A stretch of 64,000 nt of DNA from Armatimonadota bacterium (GCA_031400935.1 JANNQV010000022.1:1-64000), one strand, 5' to 3'. Shown: positions 40,453 through 49,897, numbered from the stretch's first letter. The notes: generated from the sequence alone by a model not told the origin. Made by a program: numbers and translations.

Positions 40453-41631
40453 ATGGCAATTGGCACAGGGTTAGACGCGATTGCGCAAAGCGGATTTGAG
40501 TCCCTCTTGGGAAAGCGAATCGGCTTAGTTTGCAATCAGGCAACGGTTGATAGACAAGGCATTCACATTCTTGACCATCTGTTGGTTTTGCACCAATCAA
40601 ATGCTTTAACTTTGCAAGCTGTCTTCGGCCCGCAGCACGGAATTTGGGGGCACACCCAAGACAATATGATCGAATGGGAGGGATACCTTGATCCGCGAAC
40701 CGAAATCCCATTTTTTTCACTTTACGGCCAGCATCGAGAGCCAAAGGAAGAATGGCTTCGCGGGCTTGACGTTTTGGTCTTAGACTTACCGGATATTGGC
40801 AGCAGGTACTACACTTTTCTTTGGACAATGGCACTGTGCCTCAAAGCCTGCCAAGCAATCGGCTTGCATGCACTTATCCTGGATCGCCCGAATCCTATCG
40901 GTGGGACAAAGGTTGAAGGAACAGTGGGCAAAATCGAATTCAAGAGTTTTGTTGGGCTCTATCCTCTGCCGATGCGGCACGGAATGACTTTAGGCGAGGT
41001 CGCCCGATATTTGAAACAGAACTACTTTCCAAATGTAAGTTTGGAAATTGAGCAAGTACGAAGCTGGTCTCGAAGCGAGGAGTTCGAATCTTCTGGCCAA
41101 ATTTGGGCAATGCCGTCTCCAAACATGCCCACGGTTGATGCGGCGCGAGTTTATCCGGGCGCTTGTTTGTTGGAAGGGACAAATTTGAGCGAAGGTCGGG
41201 GAACAACACGTCCCTTTGAAATTGTTGGCGCCCCTTTTCTCGATTCTTGGAAGTTCGCCGACGCACTATCAGTAATGAACTTGGAAGGTGTCATTTTTCG
41301 TCCGATCACATTCCAGCCGACCTTTCAAAAACATGCCGGTGAAGTTTGTGGCGGCGTTTTTGTTCATGTTCTCGACAGGGAAGTCTTTGAGCCTGTGATC
41401 ACCTATTTTGCTTTGCTTCAAATAGCTTGGAAACAAAGCGCTGGAAAAATGATGTGGAACGACCCTCCCTATGAATATGAGGAGACTTTGCTTCCATTTG
41501 ACATTTTGGCGGGGAACGATTGGCTTCGGCCAGCCATAGAGACGGGAATACCAATTTCAGAAGTTCGGGAACGGATGAGTTCTGAACTCATTTTGTTTTT
41601 GCCAAACCGGCTTTCTTCCCTTGTTTATTAG
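40453..41631 (+). CDS. DUF1343 / NamZ exo-beta-N-acetylmuramidase family
   Basis: FGPQHG, SLYG, DIGSRYYT, LDRPNP, RHGMTLGE, PSPNMPT, SEGRGTTRPFE. Confidence 0.9.
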   Translation: MAIGTGLDAIAQSGFESLLGKRIGLVCNQATVDRQGIHILDHLLVLHQSNALTLQAVFGPQHGIWGHTQDNMIEWEGYLDPRTEIPFFSLYGQHREPKEEWLRGLDVLVLDLPDIGSRYYTFLWTMALCLKACQAIGLHALILDRPNPIGGTKVEGTVGKIEFKSFVGLYPLPMRHGMTLGEVARYLKQNYFPNVSLEIEQVRSWSRSEEFESSGQIWAMPSPNMPTVDAARVYPGACLLEGTNLSEGRGTTRPFEIVGAPFLDSWKFADALSVMNLEGVIFRPITFQPTFQKHAGEVCGGVFVHVLDREVFEPVITYFALLQIAWKQSAGKMMWNDPPYEYEETLLPFDILAGNDWLRPAIETGIPISEVRERMSSELILFLPNRLSSLVY

Positions 41632-41680
41632 TTTCCAAACCAAAGTTTAAAGCTGAATCACTTTTTTTCAAATTTTCTTG

Positions 41681-41709
41681 TTGCACTTTTAACAATGTTT
41701 CTGCATACT
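41681..41709 (+). promoter_or_regulatory. Sigma70-type promoter
   Basis: TTGCAC-N17-CATACT upstream of the prepilin-like gene. Confidence 0.5.
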
Positions 41710-41762
41710 ATTTATGGTCGCCGTTCTATGTGATGCGGTGCCAACCAAAACGGAGGAATATT

Positions 41763-42728
41763 TTGAAGCGAGCATTTACACTTATCGAGCTTCTTGTTGT
41801 CATCGCAATTATCGCGATTCTAGCCGCCATTCTCTTCCCGGTTTTCGCTCAGGCGAAAGTTGCCGCGAAAAAGACGGCAGCGCTCAGCAATCAAAAGCAG
41901 ATCACCATGGGAATCTTCCTTTACACGGGAGATTACGATGATTACTATCCCCGAAACGACGATTGCCAACTAAATTCGTCTCTCAATCCAGTTTTGAACG
42001 GCGCCCCAGCAGGTACAGACCCGCAAACAGGCTGCCAGTTTTCTGCGGGAACTTTTAAGTGGAGAGTGAATCACTTTTCGTGGCAAAAGTGGATTCAGCC
42101 ATATGTAAAGAATGTAGATATGTTCTGGCATCCTGCAAAGGCGAAATTCGATGCCCCTACCTTTATTTCTGGGACATGGTACTGGAGCTCATTTGGCCAA
42201 ATGAACGGCTCTTTTGCATTGAACATCTCAATTACAGGTGCCTTGAACACGGCTGACATTCCAATGGCGACCCAACGTGTAATTCGAGATTCATGGACTA
42301 GCGGAACCCAAACTGCATTGAATACCCCGGCTGAAACCATGTTGTTGATGGAAACTGGTAGCCCGCTAACCTCAATAATTCCGTTGGGAATTCTAAATGG
42401 CGAGTATTCGAACTCATCAGTCCGTGTGTATCCTGGCGTTGTTCGCGAAACCATGATCAATGATTTCTATATTCATCCAAGTGGTTGTCCGGGAACTCCT
42501 GGCGGCATATTGGATACGACGGCAATCATAAATGAGGGTATGACGGTTGGATTTGCAGATGGCCATGCTAAATTCGTAAAGGTCAACAAGATGATTGCTG
42601 ATACTCCGACAATTGCTGAATACTCGCCTGGGACAGCTAATAACTGCTTTATTGCAAGTAGCGTTCAGCGACTTGGTAATACGGTGAATCTGAACATCAA
42701 TTATCCGTTCTGGGGTCTAACGCCTTAA
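41763..42728 (+). CDS. Prepilin-type N-terminal cleavage/methylation protein (DUF1559 / H-X9-DG-like)
   Basis: TTG start with [36 protein letters not shown]-terminal FADGHAK. Confidence 0.9.
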   Translation: MKRAFTLIELLVVIAIIAILAAILFPVFAQAKVAAKKTAALSNQKQITMGIFLYTGDYDDYYPRNDDCQLNSSLNPVLNGAPAGTDPQTGCQFSAGTFKWRVNHFSWQKWIQPYVKNVDMFWHPAKAKFDAPTFISGTWYWSSFGQMNGSFALNISITGALNTADIPMATQRVIRDSWTSGTQTALNTPAETMLLMETGSPLTSIIPLGILNGEYSNSSVRVYPGVVRETMINDFYIHPSGCPGTPGGILDTTAIINEGMTVGFADGHAKFVKVNKMIADTPTIAEYSPGTANNCFIASSVQRLGNTVNLNINYPFWGLTP

Positions 42729-42880
42729 TGAGCAGGTGGGCAATTTGCTTGCTGGCGTTGATTGCAGCTTGCTTTTTAGCAGGTTGCGGGGATTCAGTTA
42801 GCCAAGGGCAAGCCGATGATCGCGCAGCTCAGATGAAAGAAGCCTCTCAGCGACCAGAAGAAAAGGGTACGCAGGAATAG
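42728..42880 (+). CDS. Small lipoprotein (50 aa), not in ORF track
   Basis: MSRWAICLLALIAACFLAGCGDSVSQGQADDRAAQMKEASQRPEEKGTQE; LAGC lipobox; TAATG overlap; followed by terminator. Confidence 0.8.
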   Translation: MSRWAICLLALIAACFLAGCGDSVSQGQADDRAAQMKEASQRPEEKGTQE

Positions 42881-42897
42881 CGAGACCTTTTGCATTG

Positions 42898-42932
42898 AAC
42901 GGCGAACCCAGTTATGCTGGGTTCGCCGTTTT
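42898..42932 (+). terminator. Rho-independent terminator
   Basis: AACGGCGAACCCAG-TTATG-CTGGGTTCGCCGTT TT. Confidence 0.8.
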
Positions 42933-43164
42933 GATATTGCAGGGTTCGACTTTGTTTCATGAGAAGGAGCAACGCTGGCCATCCGCTTGACATCCGCGGC
43001 AACGCTGGGTTCTGGAACCAGGAATGCGATTTCCTAACAATTTTCGAGATTTTTTTGTGAAAAGATACTAGTTTCTTAGCCAGGAGCGTCTTAAATATGT
43101 TAAGACGAATGTATACTCTTGACTGGACCTGGCTCGGCTATGGCGCGAGCGTGGAAAAAAACTT

Positions 43165-44064
43165 ATGAAACGTGCTTTTACTTTGATTGAACTTCTCGTG
43201 GTCATCGCTATCATCGCGATATTGGCCGCAATTCTTTTCCCTGTCTTCGCCAGAGCGAAGGAAGCCGCCAAGAAAACGGCTGGCATGACTCAAGCCAAAC
43301 AAATCGGAACGGCATCGCAGATTTATCTCGGTGACTATGACGATGTTTGGTTCCCTTACCGCATCAATGGTTCGGTAGGAAATGGTTGCACAGGTGCACT
43401 TTGTGCAAACCCTGATTACCAAAAGCTGTATGCCGCGCAAGGCGTCGCCGTAGCTGACGTTATGTTTGGCAGCAGGAGTCGAGACGTTGTTTTCTTCAAG
43501 CAGCTTCTTGACCCATACACCAAGAACTCCGAGCTTTTCCGATCTCCAGGAAAGCCAAATGCATGGTCGGGCTACGATCCTGCGAATACCGATACGGAAC
43601 CACAATTCCGCAGCTACGGCGGTAACAACAGCTACGGTTTGAACAATTTCATGTTCCAGCCTGTAACTGGCACTACCATTAGCGGAACTGCCATTGCTGA
43701 AGTCTCAAATACACTGATGATGATTGACGCTAGCTATTACAACGTACTCCCACGAGGCGTTCAACAGCTAAACGGTTCGACTTGGAACCCATGCGCTAGC
43801 ACGTATCCAAGGTATTGGAAGAACCTAGGAAACTCCTATGTCTTCCGATGGGGAACAGCATTGAATGAGCCAACCGATGCAGAAGCATTGAAGCTAATTG
43901 ATCAGCGATACACAGGTCAGCTTGTTACGATTCGAGCCGACACCAGCGCGAAATCAATGAATTCAAAGGCGATCGTTGAAGAATTCGCCCAAAAGGGACC
44001 TTCACTCACATCTATGTGGGATCCATTCAAAACTGGTCCAATCAACACTACCTACTGCTACTAA
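43165..44064 (+). CDS. Prepilin-type N-terminal cleavage/methylation protein
   Basis: [29 protein letters not shown]; degenerate C-terminal motif [16 protein letters not shown]. Confidence 0.9.
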   Translation: MKRAFTLIELLVVIAIIAILAAILFPVFARAKEAAKKTAGMTQAKQIGTASQIYLGDYDDVWFPYRINGSVGNGCTGALCANPDYQKLYAAQGVAVADVMFGSRSRDVVFFKQLLDPYTKNSELFRSPGKPNAWSGYDPANTDTEPQFRSYGGNNSYGLNNFMFQPVTGTTISGTAIAEVSNTLMMIDASYYNVLPRGVQQLNGSTWNPCASTYPRYWKNLGNSYVFRWGTALNEPTDAEALKLIDQRYTGQLVTIRADTSAKSMNSKAIVEEFAQKGPSLTSMWDPFKTGPINTTYCY

Positions 44065-44088
44065 GTTCAGCATTGCTGAAATGGTTTG

Positions 44089-44115
44089 AACGCCCCGATT
44101 ATTCGGGGCGTTTTT
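44089..44115 (+). terminator. Rho-independent terminator
   Basis: AACGCCCCGA-TTAT-TCGGGGCGTT TTT. Confidence 0.8.
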
Positions 44116-44260
44116 GTTGGTTGTTGGTTGTGGATTTCGGCAGAGAGCGGATTTTAGTTAACCGATAACTGACAACCGCTAACTGATAACTATCAACTGC
44201 CAACTCCTTATCGCCAACAGATATCTGACAACCAACAACCAATAACTAAAAACAACCAAT
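44115..44260. repeat. Heptamer arrays (TGTTGGT)n and (CAACCAA/TAACTGA)n in inverted arrangement
   Basis: TGTTGGT TGTTGGT ... then a run of degenerate 7-nt units such as TAACCGA TAACTGA CAACCGC TAACTGA. Confidence 0.75.
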
Positions 44261-44280
44261 TTCCTCGTATACTCCTGAAA

Positions 44281-44610
44281 GTGAAACTGGTTTTATGCGT
44301 CGCGCATAACCGAGATCGGAATCGCCTTGCTGATGAACTCGTTCAGGCTGGGTATAAATTCACGCTATTTGACTCTATCGGAGGCTTTCTACGAGAGGGC
44401 AACGTGACATTCATGGTTGGAGTTGACGACGAGCAGCTGGATTCCATTGTCGCGATGGTGCAATCCAATTGTTGTGTTCGAGAGCAAATTGTGAACTGGA
44501 TGCCATTAGATGCTTCCGCCGCTGGTGCCTTGATGACTTCACCAGTTAAGGTTCCGGTTGGCGGCGCGGTAATATTTGTGGTCAATGTCGAGCAATTCTT
44601 CCACTGCTAG
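44281..44610 (+). CDS. darA: Cyclic-di-AMP receptor, PII-like (DarA/PstA/YaaQ)
   Basis: GGFLREGNVTFMVGVDD, C..REQ, PV.V.VGGA.IFV..VEQF. Confidence 0.88.
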   Translation: MKLVLCVAHNRDRNRLADELVQAGYKFTLFDSIGGFLREGNVTFMVGVDDEQLDSIVAMVQSNCCVREQIVNWMPLDASAAGALMTSPVKVPVGGAVIFVVNVEQFFHC

Positions 44611-45487
44611 ATTAGATTCGCTTCAAGGTTTGCATACCGCGAAGCGAATTGTGCTAAGTCTCTTGGAGCCTAGTTCGGAAACCCATGCTGTACTTTTGTA
44701 CGGTGCATCGGGGTCAGGAAAGACAACGCTGGCAGAAATTCTCGCTCAAGGCTGGCTTTGCTCGCAACCCGCTGAATCGGGAGGTTGTGGCGAATGCCAA
44801 TCTTGCAAAGCTGTTTTGGATGGGCAAAACTCTGATCTACTTTGGGTTCGGCCGGGTGGTGCTAGTAACACGATTTTGATCAACATGATTGTGGATGGCA
44901 AGCCAGTCGAACCTGGAAAGCCAGAAGTGATCCCGATTGAGCGATTCCTCAGAACCATGCCGATATTGTCCCGCAACAAGGTCGTTATCATTGAGGATGC
45001 CGACAGGATTTACCACGATTCTGTTGGATCATTGCTAAAAACTCTTGAAGAGCCGCAGCCGTATGCTCGATTCGCGCTTACTTCTTCTTCTATTGGAAAC
45101 GTCCGCCCAACTGTTGTTTCTCGATGCATCTCCATTAAGTGTTCATTGCCTGACGGTTTAAAGAGTTCAATCGGGGACGGCTTAACAAGAACCCGCCGAT
45201 ATGAACTTCTAAATGAAATTGACTGCATCGTTGACACATCCATTCGAGGACAAATTGGCCCAGCACTTAGATACTCTGACCAACTGAGAGCGATCGCTGA
45301 TCGCCTTGCCGAAGCCGAAACGATGCCAAAACGAAATGCTCAGGCACAAGTTATCGAATATCTTGCGGACTCATTTGCACGTCGAGGCGAGGAAAACAGA
45401 TGTGCCAAAGCCATTGAAACCCATCGCAGAGTCGTGATGAATGGGTCGTTTGGCCTCAATCTCGACGCTCTGTTTGCCGGATTTTGA
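44585..45487 (+). CDS. holB: DNA polymerase III delta' subunit
   Basis: HAVLLYGASGSGKT, Zn module C..CGECQSC, LLKTLEEP, TVVSRC. Confidence 0.88.
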   Translation: MSSNSSTARLDSLQGLHTAKRIVLSLLEPSSETHAVLLYGASGSGKTTLAEILAQGWLCSQPAESGGCGECQSCKAVLDGQNSDLLWVRPGGASNTILINMIVDGKPVEPGKPEVIPIERFLRTMPILSRNKVVIIEDADRIYHDSVGSLLKTLEEPQPYARFALTSSSIGNVRPTVVSRCISIKCSLPDGLKSSIGDGLTRTRRYELLNEIDCIVDTSIRGQIGPALRYSDQLRAIADRLAEAETMPKRNAQAQVIEYLADSFARRGEENRCAKAIETHRRVVMNGSFGLNLDALFAGF

Positions 45488-45591
45488 ACGAGAATTTTGT
45501 ATTTTTAGGTCAAGAAAGAGATTCTGCTTGTACAATGTAAGTTGATTCTGGAACTTCCCACCATTGCAGATTCGTAATGTAGAGCAATCCC

Positions 45592-46188
45592 ATGATTGGC
45601 AGCTTGATTCGACAAAGAGAAGTCGCAACCGATGAGCGCAATGCGCTCTTTGAAGATTTGTTGCGAAATACATCCCGCCAGGCATACGGCCTGGCTTACC
45701 GCTTGACCGGGAGTGCTCCCGAAGCAGAAGACTTGGTGCAGGAGACCTACCTTCGAGCTTTCAAGTTTTTCTACCGATATGATGATTCGTTGCCGTTTCT
45801 GAATTGGATTTGCAGAATCATGAGCAATGCTCATATTGATACGGTTCGCAGAAAGACGAAATTGCGAGTCACAAGCATTGACCAGCCAACCGCGTCCGGG
45901 TTCCATGCCATAGAAGTCCCAGATGTGAATTCAAGCCCAGATCGAGTGATGCTTGAGCAAGCCATGGATGAACCAGTCCAAGACTGTTTGAACTTAATGA
46001 CTTCTGCATTTCGCCAAGCGGTTCTCCTAGCTGATGTTGAAGGTATGGCTTACGAAGAAATTGCCGAAATGATGAATACGTCCGTTGGAACCGTTCGATC
46101 GCGAATTCATCGAGGACGAAGGCAACTTCGATCTCTGCTTATAAAGCGGTGTCCAATGTTGGTCGAGGAGGCGTCTTGTGAATTGTAA
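45592..46188 (+). CDS. ECF (RpoE-like) sigma-70 factor
   Basis: AEDLVQETYLRA, F.NW.CRI..N..D, YEEIA..GTVRSRIHRGR. Confidence 0.93.
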   Translation: MIGSLIRQREVATDERNALFEDLLRNTSRQAYGLAYRLTGSAPEAEDLVQETYLRAFKFFYRYDDSLPFLNWICRIMSNAHIDTVRRKTKLRVTSIDQPTASGFHAIEVPDVNSSPDRVMLEQAMDEPVQDCLNLMTSAFRQAVLLADVEGMAYEEIAEMMNTSVGTVRSRIHRGRRQLRSLLIKRCPMLVEEASCEL

Positions 46189-46633
46189 ACAGGCTCACTT
46201 CAAATTGGATTGCTATTTGGATGGCGAACTCACGGGAAGCGAGATGCTTGCTTTGCAGAATCATGTTTCAAGGTGTCCTGACTGCAGCCAAGAATTGCAG
46301 ACCATTCGAATTCTAAAAGCCGAACTTGCTGGGCTCAACCTCAATCGGCCCAATCCAGGAGTCGATTTTGAAGATCGGCTCGTTGCATGGGTCAATTTGC
46401 AAGCTGAACAACAGCCAGTTGTGAGGCGACGGCGGTTGCAGGCAGCATTTGTCACGACATTGGCTATCGCAGTTGTTGCCATCCTCGGAATTCGGTCTTC
46501 TGCTTCGCAACAACATATTGCCGAAAAGAATTCCATGAACAAATTCGAACTTGCAAAAGATCAAGCGTACATTTCTGGCGAAGATCCCCTTTCTGGTTCG
46601 CCGTTCTTGATGCCAGCCTCATACAACAAATAG
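46178..46633 (+). CDS. zf-HC2 anti-sigma factor, single TM
   Basis: MNC..YLDGEL..HVSRCPDC; TM; directly follows the ECF sigma. Confidence 0.88.
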   Translation: MNCKQAHFKLDCYLDGELTGSEMLALQNHVSRCPDCSQELQTIRILKAELAGLNLNRPNPGVDFEDRLVAWVNLQAEQQPVVRRRRLQAAFVTTLAIAVVAILGIRSSASQQHIAEKNSMNKFELAKDQAYISGEDPLSGSPFLMPASYNK

Positions 46634-46634
46634 A

Positions 46635-47834
46635 ATGAAAGTTTTACTACCAGCACTAACGGTTTGTCTAATTGGTGCTCAAATGGCGGATGCCAGCGTG
46701 ACCCGTCACGCAAGCATCCCTGCGGCTACCCGCGCAAAGGACATTCTAAGGAAATTTCTGGCCGAAGGCGAGAAAGTGCCATTGGACGCAATTGTTGTCC
46801 AAAGATCGTCATGCAGTTCGAATTTAAGCTGCCAGTTCAAGTTGCTTCAAGATAGTTCTGGACGCCGAATGTTGGTCGCTGTACAACCGCTCTCTATCCA
46901 GGGCCTAGTGTCCTTTGATGACGGCCGCCAATGGACGAACTATTTTCCTGACGAGCGGCGAATGGTAGTCATGCCTTCACCTCGAATGGAGCGAGACAAC
47001 GCTGAGTTTCGAATTCAGCTTGCATCCCAAAATTACCGGTTCGTTATGGAAACCGCTACGCGAGTCGCTGGGCGATCAGGAGAAGTCATCGTCGTGATTC
47101 CTCGGTACTACGGACTCGCAGCAAAGAAATTTACAATTGACTCTGCCAACGATGTACTTCTTCGAGTCGAAACTATTGAGCGCAACCGAAATCCAGAAAC
47201 GATTTTTGAAGCGAAATCAGTGCAGTTCTTAGCTGACTCTGCAAAATTAAAGTTTTCGCCTGGAAATGACTTTGCGGTTCGTGTCGTCAAGCCGGAAATG
47301 CCTGCAAGATTAGCTAATGTTTCCCAGGCGAAGGAAATTGTCGGGTTTGTTCCATTTACGTTGCATTCGATGCCATTTGGTTTTTTGTTGCGAGAATCGT
47401 CTGCTTTGCAATCTCGGTCAGGTTCTTACGTAACACAGCGATGGACAGATGGCATTGTTTCAGCGACTCTCTATCAGTTTGCTTCAGGAAGGAATCCGCT
47501 TGGCCCCAGCACCGACGGACTCGATTTTGCACACAACAATGTAACCTTACGGCTGGTTGGTGACATCCCTTATGAAGGGAAACGAATCATGATGGAGCAG
47601 ATCGCTCGGTCTCTTGGTAGGACTTTTCGACCTATTCGGGAACTCGGTCCGCTTGTTAACGTGTTACCTCCTAAGAGACTGCCGGAACACGAACCCCAGC
47701 CCGAAGCTTCGTTTGAAACTGCGTTCGAGCAAATCATTGAGAAGATGAAAGTTGAAATGACCGAGAATTGGATGGTTCGCGGCAAGGAATTCGAAATCAA
47801 ATTAAGGTTATTAAAGAATGAGCAACACAATTAA
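46635..47834 (+). CDS. MucB/RseB-like periplasmic sigma-E regulator
   Basis: Signal peptide; DDGRQW..YFPD, NY....RVAGR, P.GF, TDG....LYQ; gene context. Confidence 0.7.
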   Translation: MKVLLPALTVCLIGAQMADASVTRHASIPAATRAKDILRKFLAEGEKVPLDAIVVQRSSCSSNLSCQFKLLQDSSGRRMLVAVQPLSIQGLVSFDDGRQWTNYFPDERRMVVMPSPRMERDNAEFRIQLASQNYRFVMETATRVAGRSGEVIVVIPRYYGLAAKKFTIDSANDVLLRVETIERNRNPETIFEAKSVQFLADSAKLKFSPGNDFAVRVVKPEMPARLANVSQAKEIVGFVPFTLHSMPFGFLLRESSALQSRSGSYVTQRWTDGIVSATLYQFASGRNPLGPSTDGLDFAHNNVTLRLVGDIPYEGKRIMMEQIARSLGRTFRPIRELGPLVNVLPPKRLPEHEPQPEASFETAFEQIIEKMKVEMTENWMVRGKEFEIKLRLLKNEQHN

Positions 47835-49410
47835 AACGCCTAAATCGGCTTACATTATTCTTGGAGTTGGAGTCGTGCTTGGCGGTCTCGCAACTGCTTC
47901 GATTCTCGGTGGTTACACCGTTGGAAAAGCTTATGCACAACGCACTCCAATTAAAGCTGTCGGCAATCTGTCAACTGAAAACATGACAATGCTTCGCAAC
48001 ATGGATGCATCGTTCGCTGGCTTGGCGGAGTACATCGAACCAGCTGTCGTAAATATCCGAGTCCAATCCAAAGGCGGAACCGACATGCTCGGACAACGGC
48101 TAGGGCAAGTTGGCGGAGAAGGTTCAGGCGTCATCATTCGGCCTGACGGATGGATCCTTACTAACGACCACGTTGTAGGCGGCATGGACAAAGTTACAGT
48201 CACTCTCAACGACGGCCGAGAATTTCCTGGAACTGTCCGACGATCGGACTATAGCGACTTGGCGGTCGTAAAAATTGATGCAAAAGGGCTGCCGAATGTC
48301 CAATTTGCCGATAGCAACCGAGTCAAACCAGGCCAATTTGCAATCGCAGTCGGATCACCCTTCGGTCTAGAGAATTCAGTAACTATCGGTCACGTTTCAG
48401 CGCTCAGTCGAGATTCAATGATTGGCGATGCACGAACCGGAACGCAACGCATTTACCCAGATATGATTCAAACGGATGCGGCAATCAACCAAGGCAACTC
48501 TGGCGGTCCGCTCCTAGACATCGAAGGAAGGGTCATTGGAATCAATACTGCGATCTTTTCAGGGTCCGGCGGGAGCGTTGGAATCGGATTTGCAATTCCG
48601 TCAAACCAAGCCAGATTAACTGCGGAAGCATTGATTGAAAAGGGCAAAATCGTTCGCGGATTCTTTGGCGTTGATCCTATAAACCTCAAAGAATTTCAAA
48701 AAACTGAACTAGGCGTTAGCGATGGCGCACTGATCAAGAGTTTTGGCGAAAGCAATATGACTAGCCCTGCACGAACGGCTGGTTTGAAGGAAGGCGACGT
48801 CATCACAAAAATCGGCGGGCTCATGATCACCAACCATGGCGATCTGCGAAACGCGATGCTTCGATATGGTCCAGGCGAATCTGTGACTGTTGAATACGTT
48901 CGCAACAAGGCACGAAAAACGGTTTCAGTAAAGCTGGTAGCACCTCCAAAGCCTCAAGCGGCACGTGCACCTCAACAACAGGGTGGCGGAAATGAAGACT
49001 TGTTCAATTCACCAAATGGCAACCCAAATTTCCCTGACCTTAACGAAATGTTTCCTCGTGGCCAAGCAGAACCGCCGGTAGAAGGCAAGGTGCCTCCAGT
49101 TCGCGAAGGAAAAGCGAAACTTGGAGTCGGAATTGACGCTTTGAGCCCTACGAATCGGACTCAGTTCCATGTCCCGGCCAGCCTATCCGGCGTAGTGATC
49201 ACTAGCGTTGAACCTGGCTCGGTGGCACACAGGATGGGCCTAAAGATCGGTGATGTGATTCAAAAGATCGGCGATCAAACAATCGCATCTCCAGAAGACG
49301 TTTCTAAAGCAATGGCAAACGTCAAATGGGGAGATAGCAAGCGATTGAAGTATTCCAGGTTTGGCGACAAAATGCAGATGAGCAATGAATCAGACGCAGT
49401 CTTTCGTTAG
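47818..49410 (+). CDS. DegP/HtrA-family serine protease with two PDZ domains
   Basis: GSGVII..LTNDHVV, DLAVVK, QTDAAINQGNSGGPL. Confidence 0.95.
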   Translation: MSNTIKTPKSAYIILGVGVVLGGLATASILGGYTVGKAYAQRTPIKAVGNLSTENMTMLRNMDASFAGLAEYIEPAVVNIRVQSKGGTDMLGQRLGQVGGEGSGVIIRPDGWILTNDHVVGGMDKVTVTLNDGREFPGTVRRSDYSDLAVVKIDAKGLPNVQFADSNRVKPGQFAIAVGSPFGLENSVTIGHVSALSRDSMIGDARTGTQRIYPDMIQTDAAINQGNSGGPLLDIEGRVIGINTAIFSGSGGSVGIGFAIPSNQARLTAEALIEKGKIVRGFFGVDPINLKEFQKTELGVSDGALIKSFGESNMTSPARTAGLKEGDVITKIGGLMITNHGDLRNAMLRYGPGESVTVEYVRNKARKTVSVKLVAPPKPQAARAPQQQGGGNEDLFNSPNGNPNFPDLNEMFPRGQAEPPVEGKVPPVREGKAKLGVGIDALSPTNRTQFHVPASLSGVVITSVEPGSVAHRMGLKIGDVIQKIGDQTIASPEDVSKAMANVKWGDSKRLKYSRFGDKMQMSNESDAVFR

Positions 49411-49490
49411 GAAAGGATAAGGGAAGATAGAGAGGATAAGGGACAAAACGTTCCCTTATCCTCTTTTCTTTTATCCCTTTTCCATCATCC
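49411..49490. repeat. Purine/pyrimidine nonamer-like inverted array
   Basis: GGATAAGGG AAGATAGAG AGGATAAGGG ... CCCTTATCC TCTTTTCTT TTATCCC between convergent genes. Confidence 0.6.
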
Positions 49491-49897
49491 TATTCCGCAA
49501 GGCAATGCCGGCAAACGCCAAGTATCTCAATGTGTAACTCGGCAGCCTGGAATCCTTGAGTTGCAGCACGATTGGTCATCTCCTCGCTCGAATTGAGGGG
49601 CATTGCGTGCTCCGTGACGCACCCGCAAACTTTGCAGACCAAGTGCTCGGCATAGTGCCCGGCTTTGTGATCCGAGCGGCAAGCATAGTAAGCGTCAAGC
49701 ACTCCAATGTGATGTACGAGCCCAACATCGAGCAAGGTCTGCAATATCCGGTAAACGCTAACCAAATCAATCCTACCTCCCGATTTTGCGATTTTCTCGT
49801 GGATTGAATTTGGAGCGAGGGCGCTTCGGGTTTTTGCTAAGGTGCGGATTACTTGGATTCGAGTATTTGTGATCCGAAATCCACGCAATTGAAGCAC
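49490..49897 (-). CDS. Fur-family regulator (Zur/PerR-like, two CxxC)
   Basis: GFRIT..R, SVYRIL..L..GLV, HLVCKVCG, GVCRHC; GGAGG SD before GTG. Confidence 0.9.
   Translation of the reverse strand: MLQLRGFRITNTRIQVIRTLAKTRSALAPNSIHEKIAKSGGRIDLVSVYRILQTLLDVGLVHHIGVLDAYYACRSDHKAGHYAEHLVCKVCGCVTEHAMPLNSSEEMTNRAATQGFQAAELHIEILGVCRHCLAE

Noticed and set aside
42931..42960. GGTTCGACT as a tRNA T-loop
   Set aside because: No cloverleaf or acceptor stem around it
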